A DNA stretch of 64,000 nt from Bigelowiella natans CCMP2755 (Eukaryota > Protista > Cercozoa). The stretch lies in NCBI GenBank assembly GCA_000320545.1, contig ADNK01000411.1, positions 4,783 to 68,782 on the forward strand, in the 5' to 3' direction. This document shows, piece after piece, positions 27,389-40,221 of this stretch. The notes below the pieces were generated by a model. It saw nothing but the letters and a program-made list of their open reading frames with translations, did no database searches and was not told the DNA's origin. Both the position numbers and the translations under genes were made by a program. Position 1 is the first letter of the stretch. Each line of letters begins with the position of its first letter.

Positions 27389-28080
27389 AATCGAAGGTGG
27401 TCACGCGCGGCATCGAACATGAGTTTCAGAGTTTTATCCAGCATCTGGCTCATCTGTAAAATAATATTGTTATTTAGTGTTAACATAGCACCTATTATAA
27501 CATATGCGCGCGCGCGCACACACACACTTACACACACACACATACACATCGAAATAAACACACATTGAAATATATGTATGTATATTTAAATATACATCTA
27601 TGTGGTGCGTGAGTGTGTGTTGCTGTGAGAGTGATAATCAGTACTCAGGTGTACCTCTTTCCAACTTTCAATAGCACTTTTCAGTTGATCAGGCTCTTTT
27701 ATTGGTCCAGCTTTTCCATGGACATCACAGTACACCTCGAAACAAGCTGGCATACCGGGAACATGTGACGCTCTCTTGATTTGCTTCAACAACTGAAAAA
27801 ACTACCTTTCATAAGAGATTTTCCGGGTGGAAACTTTATTCCAGGGGCTAAGCTTGCGGATCTAGCTGCGATAAAATGAGACGGTTGGAGCTACATACAG
27901 TTGCATATCAACGTCTAATATACTACCTGCCTTCATTGTTATGGATACGACGTCGAGCATCTTCGTAGGAGATTTCTCGAGCAGGTGCATGCAGATGCTT
28001 GTATGTAGACCATGTTCAGATAGGATGAGGAAAATTGAAGTGACATCGAGACCTTGTGGGATGATCTTTACTTTTCTCAT
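27389..28080 (-). CDS. Small uncharacterised spliced gene or pseudogene (weakly PB1-like)
   Basis: Exon-like blocks IRKLSPWNKVSTRKISYER*FFQLLKQIKRASHVPGMPACFEVYCDVHGKAGPIKEPDQLKSAIESWKE|MSQMLDKTLKLMF; reading frame not cleanly resolvable. Confidence 0.3.
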
Positions 28081-28507
28081 GCTCCGGAACTCGCTCGTAT
28101 GCGAGCTTTAACATCTCCAGAATGGTGACCTGCTCAGGTTAGGATGCTTTCTCGTTAGCAAAACATCGACCAATCATAACCACCCCCTTGTGCTTTACTC
28201 GTGCGCATCACCAAGATTTTTCGAACCTTCTTTCCCTTCTTTGATTCATCCAACTTCGTTTTCTCTTCGCCCTCCATGAAGGACTCCAGAACGTGCTCGA
28301 ACCCGTGTCTGCAATGGTTGGAGCGGTTTGTCTAAGCGCGACTTGGATATTCCAATAATTATTAAATAAAATGTCCTTGAATTATATTTATTCCATCAAA
28401 TCCCCGGTTAGCCCCAGGGAGGCGATGGTGGATCAAGCGTGCGCCACGGTCCGTGCTCAGCACTTCCTTGGAGCTTCGACCTCCACATAGACAACGAGCC
28501 AGGAAAC

Positions 28508-30168
28508 ATGTCCGGGAATGTCCTTGCTGCGCTTCTCGGAGATTCAGATGATGAGGTGAGGATAACATCCTTCGACGAACCACCTTTTGAAAGTCATCAA
28601 CATCACCTTCTGTTGCAGCGCGAGGAGGACGTATTGGAGGAGCAGGGGAAAAGAGGAAAATCCAAGAAACTTTCAGCAGGTGGTGCAAATATCGTGAAAG
28701 TATCTGAGAAGGGGAAAAGGAACGGAGATTTGCCAGGAAGACGAGGTAAGGGAAACAAAGGGTCTGTTCCGAACCAAAAGGCGATCAGGGAGGCAGCCGG
28801 CGAGAAAGCAGGTAGAACTCAGAAGGGAGGAGCAAATGTAACAACTGAAGATCGAAGAGAAACATCGAAGATCAATCGATCATACGATGGCCGGAGAGAG
28901 AAGCGTGGTAATTCTTCTCCCCAATCCAAAAAAGAGAGGGAGAAATTGCTGCGGACGAAAACAGGAGCGAAGTTCATTATCGGACCACGAGTCGGGAGCA
29001 AATCAGCGACTATAACCGCTAAAAGCCAACGTAGGAATTCTCCAAAACGATGCCAGCGAAAATCTCCGACCCGGCGGAGTATGAGTCCAATTAGAAAATC
29101 CGGTAGGAACCAATCGCCTCCCCCCGCAAGAGCAAACAACCCACGAAAATCAACAAGGAAAATGATGGGCCGAGGTGAGCATATAACACCTTAGTTTCTA
29201 CGTCGTCTCATTTAATCGTGATCTTTTTACCGAAGTCTGTTGGGGTGTGTGAGAGGGTATCGTATAGCTGGTAAATAATATTCATTGCGCAAATATTCCC
29301 TCCTGCTTTGGCATGGCTGGCAGGTGGCGATGATAGGTACAAAGATACTGCGGAGCATGGACAACAACAGAAGCAGCTACTCGACGCTCGGGGGCGAGAT
29401 GGGAGTCATTATCATCACCATCATCATTCCAAAGGTGACACCGTTAGGAAGGGGAGAGCAGCCGTCGTCACCACAGCTAATGACCGTGGCAGAGAGAGGC
29501 CTCGTCCTAACTCGAGAAAAGATGATGGCAACAGAGACAAACAGAAAATAAATGACAGATCTGAATACAGTAGAGCTAACGACGAGGGAAGAAGGAAACA
29601 CTCAGCATCTGCTTCTTTCTCCTCAACTTCCACTTCACGAAACTTCTCGAGGAGCAGCTACGGAGCTGGACGAAGTACTAGGAAGACGACGTATCCTCCA
29701 TTATTCACTGACGATAGTGGTGTCTCAAAGAGGAAAAAGGAAGTTGATACTGGGAAGGGGGGAGGTAGAAGTTCCAGACAACGGCGACTATCACTCTCTC
29801 CAGGTCGAAGACTAAGTGTAGCAAGGAGGCATCGTTCATCGTTGCCTTCTTCTTCTTCTTCTTCTTCGGAATTTCCTAATTATAATCAAAGGGATGATGA
29901 TGATGGAGACATGGAAGATGGTAGAAGATTGCGTGGCAAGAAAAGAGGGAGGGTGCAACGACGTGATCCATCCTCCAACTTTCATTCCAAAGTGTCTTCT
30001 TCTTCTTCACGGGGGAGGGGAGATCTCTCTACGAGCTCTCAACAGCGCCCCCCTTCCTCCTCCTCCTCCGCTTTATCCTCCTCAATGGAAGAGAGACGAT
30101 TTGTGGTTAGGAGAACACACAGCGCTAGCAGCATCGAAAGGAAGAAGAGGGCGACACAAAGTAGCAGC

Positions 30169-30199
<31 letters not shown>

Positions 30200-30409
30200 C
30201 GTAGCTGCAGTGTCCATACTTTGAGTAGAATCCTGTGTAGAAGTAGTAGCAGTGGTGATGACAATCAACTCAACACAATGGTGGTGCTGCACGAAAGGTG
30301 GTGGTGGGACAAGAATAAAGATCACAAGACTGCATTCATTCGAAATGCATATTGGAAGTGCTTCATCATCAAAACACTGCCAACCACACTGCTGCTACTT
30401 TGTGCACAT

Positions 30410-30481
<72 letters not shown>

Positions 30482-33394
30482 CAAATGTTCATCAGACGAC
30501 GCTGTTCCAGAAAGAAATCATAGAATACAGCGTAAACACAACGGGGAAACAACTCGACACACAAGGAAGGAGCAATCCTCCTCCTCCTCCCCCCTTGAAT
30601 CATCAACGGATTATACAAGCTACGAAGATCTGGGACCCCTGAAGATAACAATAAAGGACGATGATGATGATGATCATCATCGCAACAAAGGAAAGACCGC
30701 GGCGGTAAGGGATGGTACCCCCTCCCAGGACGACGACATCGTGGGAGTGAATGAGAAACTGAGAATAACGGTAACACTGGAGGAGGAGGAGGAGGATGCC
30801 TCTTCCAATGTGAAGGCCAACGGCAACAGCACAGGAGGAAGAAGAAGAAGGAGGAGGAAGGCAGCATTAAATATTGTTGGCAGTAAAGAATTTGAGAGGA
30901 AGAACCCATCATCATCATCTTCGAGAGTAGTGCTTGGCCAGCAGCAGCAGCAGCAGCAGCAGCCGCCGCCTCAAGAAAGGACTGCAAGCAGCCCCACGAC
31001 ACTCATGCTACCAAAGAAGAAGAAGAAGAAGAAGGAGAAGAAGAAGGAAAGGAAGAGTACGACGACGACGACGACGACGACGACAACGAAGCAACAGCAG
31101 CAGCAACAGCAGCAGCAGAAGCGCAATCTTCGGAACAACCCACACGACGGTGGTAGTGGTGGTGCCGACAGTAGGAAAACAAAGACTACAGCTGCCATCG
31201 ATTTGACCAAGGATGATGATGATGATTATCCTCGGAAAGTGATGATTGGAACAACAACAACGGCCAACAATACTAGGTTAGGTGGCGAATTACAGTCTGT
31301 TCCTAGCAGCGCACCACCATTATCATCTTCTCCCTCTTCTTCCACATTTTCACCACCACCACCGACTTCACGAATGCGGAGGGGAAGTTCAACCAAGTTA
31401 TCATCATCATCATCATCATCATCATCGAATTTAGCGGCTGGACTGAGAAGCCAACAAGAAAGAACACATCCATCGTCGTCATCATCGTCACCACCACCAC
31501 CACCACCACCACTATCATCATCATCATCATCATCATATTTTGAACGAAGAGGAGGAGGAGGAGTTGGTGGTAGTGTTGATCGAGAGCGTTATTTTTTGTT
31601 GGAATCTAAACACCTGGCACAGCTCGAAGAATCCATGCAACAAAGGAGATGGGTGCTCCCAAGTCCGGATGCTGCACGTCTACTAGATGATGCCTACGAG
31701 GTAGTTATAGTAGTGGTGGTAGTAGCTGTGCGTGCGGGTGTGGGTGTGGGTGTGGGTGTGGGTGTGGATGTGCTTACATGGTACAATAGTAGCACACGTT
31801 CATAAGATGAAAAGTGACGTTTTTGAGCTGTTGCGCAACCACGAAGGTCTGCTTCCTAATCCAGGATTTTGCTGCTACTGCCTTCTCTATTACGCAGAGA
31901 TCCAAACGCGTGACCCTGATATTCTTCGTTCGAAGAGATAGGAGTTTCCACGGCTACGCTACGATGGTGACGACCGCTTTCAAAGGTGGTCGCAGCAGCA
32001 GCAACAACCTATGCTCAAATTGAACTTTTGACTCTGTGCTTATGGATGCGCGTATTCAGGCGGCAGCAGCGGTAGGAATTGGTGCATTGAAGTGCGGTGT
32101 GAAGCGCTGTGTCAGCTCGCATTTGAACAAGCAGGAGACCTCAAAGACTCTATGAGTGGAACATCAGTCGCAAGGATGATGCCGCTGCGTCACCGTGCGC
32201 AAGAAGTTGACGGGCGCTGTGGCTCAAAACTGTGCTTGATAATGGATGCTCGCGCAAGAAGAAACACGATGATGCCAGAGTCAGCAGCTAGGAAACGGTA
32301 AATATATGAGCACATTTAAATATTCAGAAAATCGGTCTGAAATGACACCTTCGTGTGGTATGTCTCTGATTAGCGCGAGATCGAGCGATACAATAGACTA
32401 CAACCCAAGGAAAAGTTCTCGCATCATCACTTCGGCAGCTGTAGCACCATTACCAGGAATGCGAGGTGGTAGCGGTAGAGCGGATGATCCAAACACAGGA
32501 GGAGGGCCAACGCTACCATCGGCGCCTCCTCTCCCTCCCCAAACTACTCGGCATGTGAATAGTAGTAGTAGTAGTAGTAATTGGGACGTAGTTAGAAGGT
32601 CGCCTGAGGAGCAGCCCTACAAGCAGAATATTCCTCCCCATCATCATCATCATCATCATCATCATCATGATCATCATTCTCTCTCTGCTGTTGATCGTGT
32701 GCCATCACCATCTTCACACCAACCAGCACGGCCGAATCGCAGTCATCGGCGTGATTTTCCTCCTCCTCCTCCCCCTCCTCCTCCTTTTCCCCCTCCTCCC
32801 CGTCCTCCTCATGCTGCATCACTACGTCGCCAGGCAGTACATCAGGAGAGCAATGGCGCCGGTGATGACCGTGCATTTCCTCCTTATTCTCGCAGTAGAA
32901 ACTTCACTCCCCAGACACGCCAGCCAGAACAACAACAGCAACAACAACGAGGACGACGCCCAGGATCTTCCCATTCTCATCATTATCAGGCGTCCACCCA
33001 TCGCCCTTCATCATCGGAACAGTACCAGCAAAGACCCCATCACCATCACCACCACCGCCGCCACCATCCCCGTGGAGCATTGACCGATCATGATTGCAAC
33101 AACACCAACAAACAGTCGTATAATACTAGGGATCATGAGGGCCGTCATCATAGCAGAGAACACGATGATAGGAGAAGACAGTTGCAGCAAAGACGACGTC
33201 TTAATGATCAACACCAAGATCCACTGCAGCAGCAGCAGCAGCAGCAGCAGCATTCGAGGAGAAATTATAATCATGATATGGCCCCATCGTCATCATCATC
33301 ATCCTTAAAACCAATCAGAGCACCACTAGGCCCACCACCACCATTACCACCTGCCTACTCACAACGGAGCAAGAGTGGTGAGAGGGGTAGTAGT

Positions 33395-33426
<32 letters not shown>

Positions 33427-34006
33427 GTCAAACGGCCCTCCTTCTGCAGGGATGATGGCGATGATGAGGGGGGGAGTGGTAACAACTGCAAGCGAAAATC
33501 GCTTCGATGCTCCTGAGCATCATCGTAGACCGTCAATCGACGATAGTGTTGTTCACGGCAGAGGAGATCGTTACCAAACCACCAGAGGAAGCATAAATGG
33601 AGGGAGAAGAGATGTGTGGCGAGAAAACAAGCAGAAGCCATTCCAGCATGAAAAGCCGCCACGGCACCAACCTCGTAACCTCGCACGGCAGGTGCGCCAT
33701 GGGAATTTTGATGATGGTTCTCCAGGCCCACGTAGTAGCCACCCACTCCAATCACGCCACGAAGGATTCAGCCATTTTCAACAGGAGTCTCGGGAGAACA
33801 GGGGCTTTAGCCGTCCGGTAGAGCATCATCGTGAGAGGTATTATAATGACCATCGTGATAGGGAAGAATTCGTTGCAAGTTATGGGCCAAGGAGACCAAA
33901 TCGAAGAGGTGAGTCTGTTGATCGCCCAGAGCCTGGCCATCCAAGCAACTATTTCGCGAGGAGAGATCGTGTGTTGTCAGACATGTCACGTCACCAACAT
34001 TTTTGA
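28508..34006 (+). CDS. Giant Arg/Ser/Pro/Gln/His low-complexity protein with a divergent YTH domain
   Basis: Long exon ORFs (28439-29194, 29308-30204, ~30494-31700, 32392-34006). YTH-like segment RYFLLES..LEES...RRW..LDDAYE|RSKRVTLIFFVRRDRSFHGYATM|..LAFEQAGDL...AQEVDGRCGSKLCLIMD (31585-32270). Confidence 0.75.
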
Positions 34007-34537
34007 GTGTATCATAGTGGCGGTGCTTTCCTGATCGCATGTTGCACCGACCAGTTCGCTCTGCGACTATCCTGATCGATCGCAGCAATGCCTATATAAC
34101 GCGCAATGAGCGATATATGTCAAATGTATCATCGCGCAATTAATAACAGATCACACGTAACGGGGTGCTCCATTTGTACGTTGTGTTTGTGCAGACTTAT
34201 ATGAGTCTTATGATTCGTGCTGTGTACGTTAAGCAGCATTGGGACAAGCACTACTGACGCTTTGCAGTCTGCGGCGTTCACTAGCTGCGCTGCGCGTGTG
34301 CTGTTTGAAGTCTGCTAGTACGTACATCTAGACATACAGCTCCAGTGCATTGCTATGTTCAATCCTAAGCTCACAAATTTTTCTAGATCAATTGTCGTAA
34401 AGCAATAACGCAACTTTAGAGGCTTATGCGATGTTGTACAACCAAAAAATGGTGCAAGGTCGACGATTAATAATGGCATGCGCATGCATCAAAGAATTTA
34501 AATTTCGCCAAAGGCCGACATATAAGACATAGCGTGT

Positions 34538-36374
34538 TCAGGTAAACATCAAGGAACCATGAGGCTCGTATTCATCGATCACATCTTTCCTAGCAAGGAG
34601 GACTTTGGCTTGCAAATTTCCATTTCGGCTCGCCTTCTCTAATAATTCGAACGCTTGGACTTTGTCGGGCGACTCCAGGCCCTTACCAATCTCTAGCATC
34701 ATTGCTAGATTTACCATAGCTGCACTATTATTTTTTTGAGCTGAATTTCTGTAGTATTCAATGGCCTGTTTATAATCCGATTTGACTCCGAAACCTTCTT
34801 CAAACATAACGCCTAAGCAATTTTCAGCTTCTGCAGAATTGTGCTCCTTCACTGCCCTCTTGTATAGGCCTAGAGCTTCTTTGTAACGTTGGTTCTGGGT
34901 ACGCTTGTGAACGCTTTGCCCTGGAAACGAATGGCCAGAAAACAAGAAGTGAGCACGCTTGAGAATTGCCTTCGGGAGTCCCATCTCACAAGACTTTTTA
35001 TAATGAGAGTGAGCAACGCTGAGGTTTTTGCATATTCCCAATCCATGTTCATATATCTCGCCCAAGTGATAATATGCTTCTGCACTTCCGTTATCGGCTG
35101 CGTGAGAAAGATGATGTACGGCCTTTGAGTAGAGGTTCTGCTTCAGAAACAAATATCCTAGACTTGCCTCTGCATCAACGTGGCCATGATTCATTGCACA
35201 TTCGTAATGATACAGAGCCTTCTCCTCGTTTCTGGGAACCGCATATCCGCCTTCGTACATTCTACCAATATTTAGATGGCATCCAGCGTGATGATACTGT
35301 GCGCCTGTAGGAGAAATAGAAAAATTGGTGAACAATGGATAAGCTGGAACCAAAAAGGAAGAAGAAGAAGAAGAAAATGACTCACCTTTCACGAACCACT
35401 GCAGTGCAGATTTATGGCGCAGGCGAACGCTTTCCTTCGTTGATTGAGAGTCAGAACTAATCAGTTTCCCCTCATGGTCTACTTTCCCGTTGAATAGTAA
35501 CAGGCCTATGTGATTCATGCCATTTGGGTAGTCTAACCTGGAGAATCAGCGGTGGAGGAACAGCACAATAATTTGAACAAAATGTTCAACTTTCGTACAA
35601 CGGCGAACACAAATAGTTCTCCAAGAAAATTAGAGATGAGACCTTGCAGCGTTCTGGTACCAATTTGAAGCTTCTTCTACACTTGTTTCTAACCCATATC
35701 TATTTCCACATTCCCACATGTAGCCCAGAGCGACCATTGCAGCGGGACAGGGGGTATCCTTTGGGTCGTCCTACATAAAATAGTCCATTAATCGTCTACG
35801 CCGCAATTACTTTCTCACTCTTATCTTCACATACTAGCGATTACGATGCTACCTCATCAAAAGTTGCAGCGAAGTGATAATATTCTTTAGCAAGAGTTGC
35901 AGCGTCGCTTCGTCCATATTCTACATATTCTTCCTCGAATATTCGGCCTAACCAGTACTGCGCGTCTCGGTGTCCCATATCGGCGGCAGCCTGATAATAC
36001 CACTTCGCAGTGCTCAGGCTTTCGATCCCCCCTTGCCCTAGCCTCAACATGTTCGCAAGACAAAAAAGCGCCTCTTTGTGCCGACCCTGAGTGACAACGA
36101 ATAATATGTGAGATGACTGTCATCGGAGTGGTAAACTTCCAGATTCTAAGGGGTATCGAGGTAGTACAATCGTGGCGGCTTTCTTGTAACACTCCCTAGC
36201 CTTCTGCCAGTCCTGCTGTACTGAATGGCCAAAGAAGTAATCTTGGCCTTGCTTGAAAATATCTACTGCTTTGTCCAATGTGCCAGCGCCACGCAATCTG
36301 CCAATGGAGCATCGAATATTCATGATCATGATAACCCACATCGTGCGTATCAAACATACTTCTTTTAACCTCAT
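34538..36374 (-). CDS. Sel1-like repeat (SLR) region
   Basis: Many Sel1 repeats: AQYWLGRIFEE, AMVALGYMWECG, AYYHLGEIYEHGLG..KNLSVAHSHYKKS, AENCLGVMFEEGFGVKSDYKQAIEYYRNSA. May be the 3' half of the RhoGAP gene. Confidence 0.9.
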
Positions 36375-36377
36375 ACT

Positions 36378-38670
36378 CTACTTCGATGAGAGGTTAAAGA
36401 TATTTTTTGGTGACGACCTCAACAAAGCTGCATTTTTATCAAGGGAAAATGCTGCTGTGAAAGTGGACATCGATTCCATAGCGTCCCGTATAGCTCGCTG
36501 CACCAAGTTCTTGAAGCGATAATTCAACGATTGGAAAAAAGAGAATCCTGAGAGTTAAAATGTTGGAACAACAGTTTCACAACTGCCAGAAGATATCCTC
36601 ACAAAACCATAACCCTATTACCTGCTTTTTTGAGCTTTTCCCACATATCATGCTCCATATCGAATTTCTCTGCATGTTCCTCAACCCACTCGGTAACATT
36701 TTTGAAGGCGTAATACGAGTGACTCTTCTCGTAGACAAGAAAAGTTTGGAGGAGGATCTTGAGCCTACAATCCCAGAAACTCACTCAACCCCTTCTATTA
36801 GGCATCATTTGCGAAACACGGTGCCTACACTGCTTCGTGATTTAAAAGTGTGGAATCTACCTTCCCAGTCTTGCCTTTAATTCTCTTACCCCTTTGACTT
36901 TGAGTGCTTTTCTAAGCAATGTCTTTCCTTGCAGTACTGTGAGATCTTCGATCAACTCGGCTACATCTTTCAAAAGCTGGTCCCGAGCCTCCTTCCCTTC
37001 AGGAGGGCCGTTCTGTCAATTGAATGAGGGCACAAGAACTCCTTCATCAGAATATCACAGGGAGAGGAAAAGTGAAAGGAAATTAAGCATACTTCCTCTT
37101 CTTCTTCATGACGGATAGACTCCATGGTGTGGGCAAATTCCTGTCTTCCCAATATATTGGTAGGGCCTACATTGAACCCAATTCTAGTCCCCGGTCTATT
37201 TTCAAGGTAGGTAGGACTATTCCTCCCATTCAATTTCCCATCACCTTCCAATTCAGGAATGGCATATTCGGTAGGCTTGAAGTTTAGTGCTTGTGGGCTA
37301 AAATTAAATGATTTCGTTAAGTGCTTAGAATCCCTTCCTGCAGGAGAATCCGATCTTGTAGTGTCGAGTGGTCTGAAACCTCGTGCCATCGATCGCCCAA
37401 GCAGAGTGTTCCCAAGTGCAGGCGATGCTATACTTTTACGTTCGGTGCTGATTGGGTTGTACATCGAGGTTCCTCTCCTGGAGCTAACAGACATTGTTGG
37501 ACTTCGGATGGTAATATGATTCGCAGGGTGCGATTCTGTGCGCTTCCTATTCTCGAAGATTTTTTGTATAAACACCTCCTCATAAAATGATATCAGGATA
37601 TCGAAGGTTGACTTCATGGTTTGTGCAGATTCTTCGATCTCTTTCCCATATTTCTCCTCCTCTTTTTGTGGTCTGTAGTCATCAGGTGTCTCTCTTGTGC
37701 GAACAAATGCTGGGGCGAAAACTCTGCACAAGTTGTCTACGGTCATCTTTGACGCACTGGAGTGCTGATTAACTAGATCAAGTAGTCCGAACAATTCTTT
37801 CAGGACAATCTTGTTTGAGTCTGGAAGTTTTTCTACAGCAACAGCGATGTCATTAGGCGACGAAGCTTCAAGGAATTTATCGTAAAAATAAGAACAGAAT
37901 GCGGTATCGGGAAGCATACGTAGGATCCGTTTTATTGCCGATGCGCAATCGTGGCAAGTATATTTATTGTCGATCTCAATTCGTTTTTCAAGGTAAGAGA
38001 CTGGAACCGGACGGACAAATTTCATATCAATTCTGGTCCAGAGTTTTTCATATTTGATCCAGTTTTCCCTAATTTCAGATGGCTGGATTTTACGGCCTCT
38101 TGGAATCTGACACATATATAAATCTTTTTCAATTCATGTAGTATATCCAACAACATCTTTTTTGTGTTTTACCGTTGGAGATTCTTGCACTGCTGTTTCT
38201 GAGTTGATATCTTTGTACCATGCAACTTTCGCCCTTTCACTAATCTAAATAACATGGTACCGATGATTCAATCTACGATGAAAATATGATCTTGGCAAAA
38301 TATTTTGTCGAGGGAAACTGGATTATGATTTGGAAGTTAGTTATATCTCTGTGTCCGGGATGCATACCTGGAAATCGGGTGTCCCGGCTTGATATAGGAG
38401 ACTACCAATGAGATCTTCGACGCGCACATCGTTTCCATTCACACGAAAAATACCTTGCTTGTCGTAATCTTTCTTCTCTCTTATATTTCTTACTAGGTTC
38501 ACGATAAGGCAAGCTAAAATATCTGGAACCTTTTTCACTTTTTTCACAGCGGGAGACTTCGGGGTTTTCATCCTTTTCGACTCTGAAAAGCTAAGACTTG
38601 AGGCCCGGAAAGCCATCATCGAAGACCAAATATTCGCAGAAATTGCCGTACGAAACCTTAGAACAACCAT
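36378..38670 (-). CDS. RhoGAP-domain protein
   Basis: VPDILACL...QGIFRVNGN (Arg finger), HDCASAIKRILRMLP, KLPDSNKIVLKELFGLLDLVNQHSSASKMTVDNLCRVFAPAFVR. 3' end uncertain. Confidence 0.9.
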
Positions 38671-38883
38671 CTTGCTTTAACGACAATGATGATACCAACG
38701 AAGAATGAGCTTTCATTTTCTAAAATGTTCTCACTTTAAATGGTGATTTTTCTTGTTGATTGAAATCTCTATGATCTCGCTTCCTGTATTAACCACAAAG
38801 AAGTATTTTGTAAACACACACGCACACACATCACAAACATATGTTTATGCACATATATCATATGTCATACATGTATCTACATA

Positions 38884-38922
<39 letters not shown>

Positions 38923-40221
38923 GTGTATATCATATATTGATATAATGTTGACACTCCGCATTCTAGGTCACGCTAGTATCATTTATCCACAGACTATCTA
39001 TTCTAAATCTCAAACCTTTCTGCAGAACTATACCCCAATCAACTGCGTCGTCCCCTAACTGAAAATCATTGTACGTAGCTTCTTTGAAGCTGCTAATCCG
39101 TTTCACGTTCGCTAGATCATAGAATTCTTTTTTGTTGGTTTTGTTGTTAGTCCTGGTAGAAAACAATGCGGCGAGGGAAGCCCGAGGTTTAGCCGGTACA
39201 AATGCCAACACGCCACCGGAAAAGGCACAAAACCTGGTATGTTTCCATTTATTTTTAACTCAAACACAGCAACGGAAATGAATCCACTTTGGAGGTCATT
39301 CTCGCATTTACCCATTTCGATATGCCTTATCCTTTGGCCCTTTGAAGCTCGCAAACCGTTCCGTTATCGCAGACATACGAAATAATTGTTAACTGCCTGG
39401 GCAAGGTGATACTGCGAATGCTTATGACCCCCCTATGCAATTGGGGGTTCCCAGTGCATCTGCATTTTGAGTCGTTGCTGTCGGTGTGCACTATATAACA
39501 GGGTGGGAGCGACAACATCACATGGAAGAAATTGGTTCAAAATCCCCTCTGTTTCTAGTTACACATAACGTCCAAAACGACGAACTAAAACGGATTCTTT
39601 GTAACGACTGAATTCTCGAGGAGTAAATGCCGGTCGATAGTGACGAATCCCTGGCGAATATCGGGGATTTTAGATGCAAACACCAGGGCGCGCTTTTCCG
39701 AACCTTCCCCCAATCGTTAAATTAGAAACGCCATTCAGCTAAGAGGAGGTGACACGATGATGATGATGGTGATGGTGATGATGAACATATCGGTGACGAT
39801 TATCATGGCGGTGGTGGATGATTGTTGGTGGCGATTATTGCTACCACCAAGCACCAAGAAGTATCATATAATGAACACAATCATTCCCATATCATGGTTG
39901 TTAGTAACACATGATTTGAGCAATGAATTTCTCTATTTACCTTGCCTCTCTCTTAGCTATTCTCACCCTTTTCATCTCTTTTCACCTCCCAAACCCATTC
40001 CATCGCCAAAAACTTAGGTTTAGGACGAGATAGAAAGAAGGACTTCTAGCTGTCGCGTTAATGTTCTCCAAAGGTCTGCAGTCTAGGCATAAGAAAGGGA
40101 GTGGGGAAATTCTTTAATATGCGAAGTTTGTGAACAGATCGAGATTTTTGGTTCAAATACCATCGTACTTTAGAGTCAATTGGCTCCCCATCTATCCTTG
40201 ACAGAAGGACCTTATCGTGGT

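Noticed and set aside
38963-39745. Alternative genetic code (stop reassignment) suggested by in-frame stops
   Set aside because: Conserved genes in the window have stop-free exons and appear to terminate at TGA, TAA and TAG, so the standard code fits.
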